DNA from: an uncultured Candidatus Saccharibacteria bacterium
GTDB lineage: Bacteria; Patescibacteriota; Minisyncoccia; Phycocordibacterales; UBA9973
Direction: 5' to 3'
Length of the DNA: 37,558 nt
NCBI GenBank assembly: GCA_964596605.1
Contig: CAZQUJ010000002.1
Location: forward strand, 1-37,558
The notes under the pieces are model-generated. The model was not told the origin of the DNA. It saw only the letters and a program-made list of their open reading frames with translations, and made no database searches. Below are positions 35,447 through 37,558 of this stretch, piece by piece (the stretch's first letter is position 1; every line of letters starts with the position of its first letter). The position numbers were made by a program, and so were the translations under genes.

Positions 35447-35484
35447 ATAGGATATACTGACAAAAAGTGATTACTTGACAGCTG
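35447..35484 (+). repeat. 38-bp perfect direct repeat, copy B, abutting the 3' end of tRNA-Gln
   Basis: Identical to 34466-34503. Its last 3 nt overlap the tRNA-Gln 3' end. Confidence 0.95.
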
Positions 35485-35552
35485 GGAGACTAGGAATCGA
35501 ACCTAGATTAAAGGCTTCAAAGGCCTCTGTCCTACCGTTAGACGATCTCCCA
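35482..35552 (-). tRNA. tRNA-Gln (anticodon UUG), no encoded CCA
   Basis: The reverse complement is TGGGAGATCGTCTAACGGTAGGACAGAGGCCTTTGAAGCCTTTAATCTAGGTTCGATTCCTAGTCTCCCAG. It has a U1-A72 pair and G73, as in bacterial tRNA-Gln. The anticodon loop is CTTTGAA and the T-loop is TTCGATT. Confidence 0.85.
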
Positions 35553-35603
35553 ATAACTCTTCTAGGATACACTAAAATTTTACATATTACAACTTATCAA
35601 TTA

Positions 35604-35612
35604 TGCTATAAT
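35604..35612 (+). promoter_or_regulatory. extended -10 box TGcTATAAT upstream of the SPFH gene
   Basis: The sequence is atTGCTATAAT, 33 nt upstream of the ATG at 35646. Confidence 0.35.
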
Positions 35613-35645
35613 ATAAATATTAATAATTTAATTAAAAAAAATATT

Positions 35646-36392
35646 ATGTGGCCAATTTTAATAGTTTTAATAATAATAGTTATTTTTTCAGTTAAACAAA
35701 TCAACCAATATGAAAGAGGAGTTAAATTTACTTTAGGTAAATTTACATCATTGATGGAGCCAGGGTGGAAGTTTGTTTGGCCAATCTTTCAAACTTTCCA
35801 AAAGGTAGATATTAGAGTTAAGGCCGTTGATGTGCCTGACCAAAATGCTATAACCAGAGACAATGTTTCTGTTAGGGTTAATGCTGTTATATATTACAAA
35901 GTTAGTGAAGCTGACAAGGCTATCATTGAGGTTGAAAATTTCCGCTATGCTATTTCTCAATACGCTCAAACAACAATGAGAAATATTGTAGGTGAAGTTA
36001 CTCTAGATGAATTGCTTTCAAGCCGAGATAAGATAGCAGAAAGGATAAGAGAAATAGTTGATAAAGAAACAGATGCTTGGGGTCTAAAAGTTCAGAATGT
36101 TGAATTAAAAGATGTTAGCCTTCCACCAGACCTAGAAAGAACAATAGGTAAACAAGCAGAAGCTGAAAGAGAGAAGAGGGCAGTCATTATAAATTCAGAG
36201 GGAGAATTAGCAGCCTCAGAAAATATATCTAGAGCAGCCGAGATGTTGTCAAAAACTCCAGGAGCTTTACATTTAAGAACCTTACAGGCAGTTAATGATT
36301 TATCTTCAGATCAAAGTAATACAGTTGTGGTTATGCTTCCAGTTGAAGCTTTGAAAGCTTTGGAAGGCTACTCTAAAAAAGAAAATCAATAA
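35646..36392 (+). CDS. SPFH/band 7 domain protein (stomatin/prohibitin-like)
   Basis: I moved the start to the ATG at 35646 because the track ORF begins at a TTG inside tRNA-Gln. It has an N-terminal TM helix, followed by QYERGVKFTLGKF...DVRVKAVDVPDQNAITRDNV...EAEREKRA. Confidence 0.9.
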   Translation: MWPILIVLIIIVIFSVKQINQYERGVKFTLGKFTSLMEPGWKFVWPIFQTFQKVDIRVKAVDVPDQNAITRDNVSVRVNAVIYYKVSEADKAIIEVENFRYAISQYAQTTMRNIVGEVTLDELLSSRDKIAERIREIVDKETDAWGLKVQNVELKDVSLPPDLERTIGKQAEAEREKRAVIINSEGELAASENISRAAEMLSKTPGALHLRTLQAVNDLSSDQSNTVVVMLPVEALKALEGYSKKENQ

Positions 36393-36467
36393 AAAAGTTT
36401 GTAGATTTAAACTTAATGTGTTAGGTTGTAATTAGGTCGTTTTTGGTAGTTAATTTTAGTTTTAGAT

Positions 36468-36620
36468 ATGGATCCATTAAATAACAATACTCCAGTTGAT
36501 GGAGTAGATGTACAAGCTCCAGTTGAAGGTCAGACTGAAGGACAACAGGCTCCAGAAGCTCCGGTTGTAGAAGAAGCTCCTGTAGCTCCAGAACAAGCTC
36601 CTGAAAATCCAGTTGCTTAA
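36468..36620 (+). CDS. possible small Pro/Glu/Ala-rich protein (50 aa), below the ORF-track cutoff
   Basis: An ATG...TAA ORF encodes MDPLNNNTPVDGVDVQAPVEGQTEGQQAPEAPVVEEAPVAPEQAPENPVA. It is visibly GC-richer than its flanks and is followed by a strong terminator. I see no clear SD. Confidence 0.3.
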   Translation: MDPLNNNTPVDGVDVQAPVEGQTEGQQAPEAPVVEEAPVAPEQAPENPVA

Positions 36621-36632
36621 TTAAGTTTTAAA

Positions 36633-36663
36633 ACAAAAATCCACCTTTTAGGTGGATTTTTGT
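36633..36663 (+). terminator. rho-independent terminator
   Basis: A perfect 13-bp stem pairs ACAAAAATCCACC with GGTGGATTTTTGT, with a 5-nt loop and a T-rich tail. Confidence 0.7.
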
Positions 36664-36731
36664 TTGCTTAAATAGAGTTATTTAGATAAAATAAAAATAG
36701 GTTGTTTATAATTTTCTAATATAATAAAAAT

Positions 36732-37520
36732 ATGAAAAAAATATTAAATTTTAGTTTTAGAAAGAATATCAAGGAGTCTTGGTTATTGTACAAAAATAAT
36801 TTTTGGGGACTTGTTTTAGTTAATTTAGTTATTTCGATCCTAGTCTATGTAATTAATCCAGAAGTAAAATCAAGTGCTTCTTTAGCCAATCCATTGATTA
36901 ATTTTTCTGCACTAAATTCATTAATTTCAATTATAGTTTTTTCTTTTATTACTTGTTTTATTATTAAGTATTCCCTAAATATTTTAGCAACCGAAAAAGT
37001 AAAAATATTTTCTCGACAGATTAAGAATTTAATTCCAAGTTTTAAGGTTTATTTAAATGTTTTAGTTAATACAATAATATATTCAATTATAGTCTCTATT
37101 GGTTTAGTATTACTTATCTTTCCTGGTTTGTATTTAACAGGGCGTCTGTTCTTCTCTTTCTATTTAATAATAGACAGAAAGATGAATGCTTTTAAAGCAA
37201 TTAAAAGTTCTTGGCAGATGACAAAAGGTTTAGGATGGAGAATCTTAGGAAATGTATTAAAAGTTATTTTACTGTCAATTATTCCAATTCTTTTGTCGGT
37301 TATAATTGTTGGAGTATTAATTTTGATCTTTCCAAAAATGAGTCTTGTTTTAGGAACTATTATAATATTGTTTATGATAATTTTAGGATATGTGGTTAGC
37401 TCTTTGTTTACTGCTCCAATTGGAACAATTTTCTTAACAAAGCTTTATAGAGAATTTGAAGAGGAGAATAATACTAAACAAATAAAAGAAATACCTGATC
37501 AGGAAGCAATAAAAATATAA
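36732..37520 (+). CDS. multi-pass integral membrane protein, function unknown
   Basis: 262 aa with about 5-6 hydrophobic helices and a charged C-terminal tail. Confidence 0.65.
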   Translation: MKKILNFSFRKNIKESWLLYKNNFWGLVLVNLVISILVYVINPEVKSSASLANPLINFSALNSLISIIVFSFITCFIIKYSLNILATEKVKIFSRQIKNLIPSFKVYLNVLVNTIIYSIIVSIGLVLLIFPGLYLTGRLFFSFYLIIDRKMNAFKAIKSSWQMTKGLGWRILGNVLKVILLSIIPILLSVIIVGVLILIFPKMSLVLGTIIILFMIILGYVVSSLFTAPIGTIFLTKLYREFEEENNTKQIKEIPDQEAIKI

Positions 37521-37524
37521 TAAT

Positions 37525-37555
37525 AAAAATCACAGATCAATCATCTGTGATTTTT
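37525..37555 (+). terminator. rho-independent terminator
   Basis: A 13-bp stem pairs AAAAATCACAGAT with ATCTGTGATTTTT, with a 5-nt loop. Confidence 0.7.
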
Positions 37556-37558
37556 ATT

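Noticed and set aside
35475-35645. N-terminal 57-codon extension of the SPFH ORF in the track, starting at a TTG.
   Set aside because: The extension runs through the tRNA-Gln gene and its flank. A clean ATG at 35646 precedes the TM helix, and a TGcTATAAT box lies upstream.
1-37558. CRISPR arrays, rRNA genes, IS elements, integrases and prophage structural genes.
   Set aside because: None was found. No regularly spaced repeats and no transposase- or recombinase-like ORFs are present on either strand.

Overview
This is a strongly AT-rich bacterial chromosome segment (about one-third G+C by eye) that uses the standard genetic code: TGA, TAA and TAG all end long ORFs. The short forms of several housekeeping proteins and the dense packing suggest a reduced genome such as Patescibacteria/CPR, but that is an inference. 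Positions 1-22.2 kb are core: an ABC exporter, tRNA-Leu and tRNA-Cys, rbfA-infB, a DUF4446 protein, a cysteine desulfurase, clpB, tRNA-Tyr, parB, a Rel/SpoT homolog, topA, dprA, serS, an FtsQ-like protein, dus, dnaX, an HI0933-type flavoprotein, an AI-2E transporter and eno. Positions 22.3-35.5 kb look accessory. They hold about 18 small genes, almost all on the minus strand, and end at tRNA-Gln(UUG). These genes encode hydrolases, two GNATs, a VOC protein, an HD nucleotidase, a HAD phosphatase, a nucleoside phosphorylase, an S8 peptidase, a TrpF-like barrel, a 2H phosphoesterase and a CCA-adding-like nucleotidyltransferase. The right end carries an SPFH protein, a possible small Pro/Glu/Ala-rich ORF and a multi-pass membrane protein. 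The most interesting signals are listed here. (1) A tightly coupled nucleotidyltransferase plus 2H phosphoesterase pair sits next to a GC-rich non-coding patch with mutually exclusive helices. (2) A perfect 38-bp direct repeat brackets a 1-kb cassette next to tRNA-Gln; the cassette holds a 167-aa orphan ORF and a convergent sRNA-like unit. (3) A 23-bp palindromic repeat family occurs at four cassette junctions. (4) A 5'-3' exonuclease gene is interrupted by one in-frame TAG at a conserved Gln codon. (5) TGnTAnnnT boxes recur 6-8 nt upstream of ATG starts, which suggests leaderless mRNAs. No rRNA gene, CRISPR array, transposase or integrase was seen.
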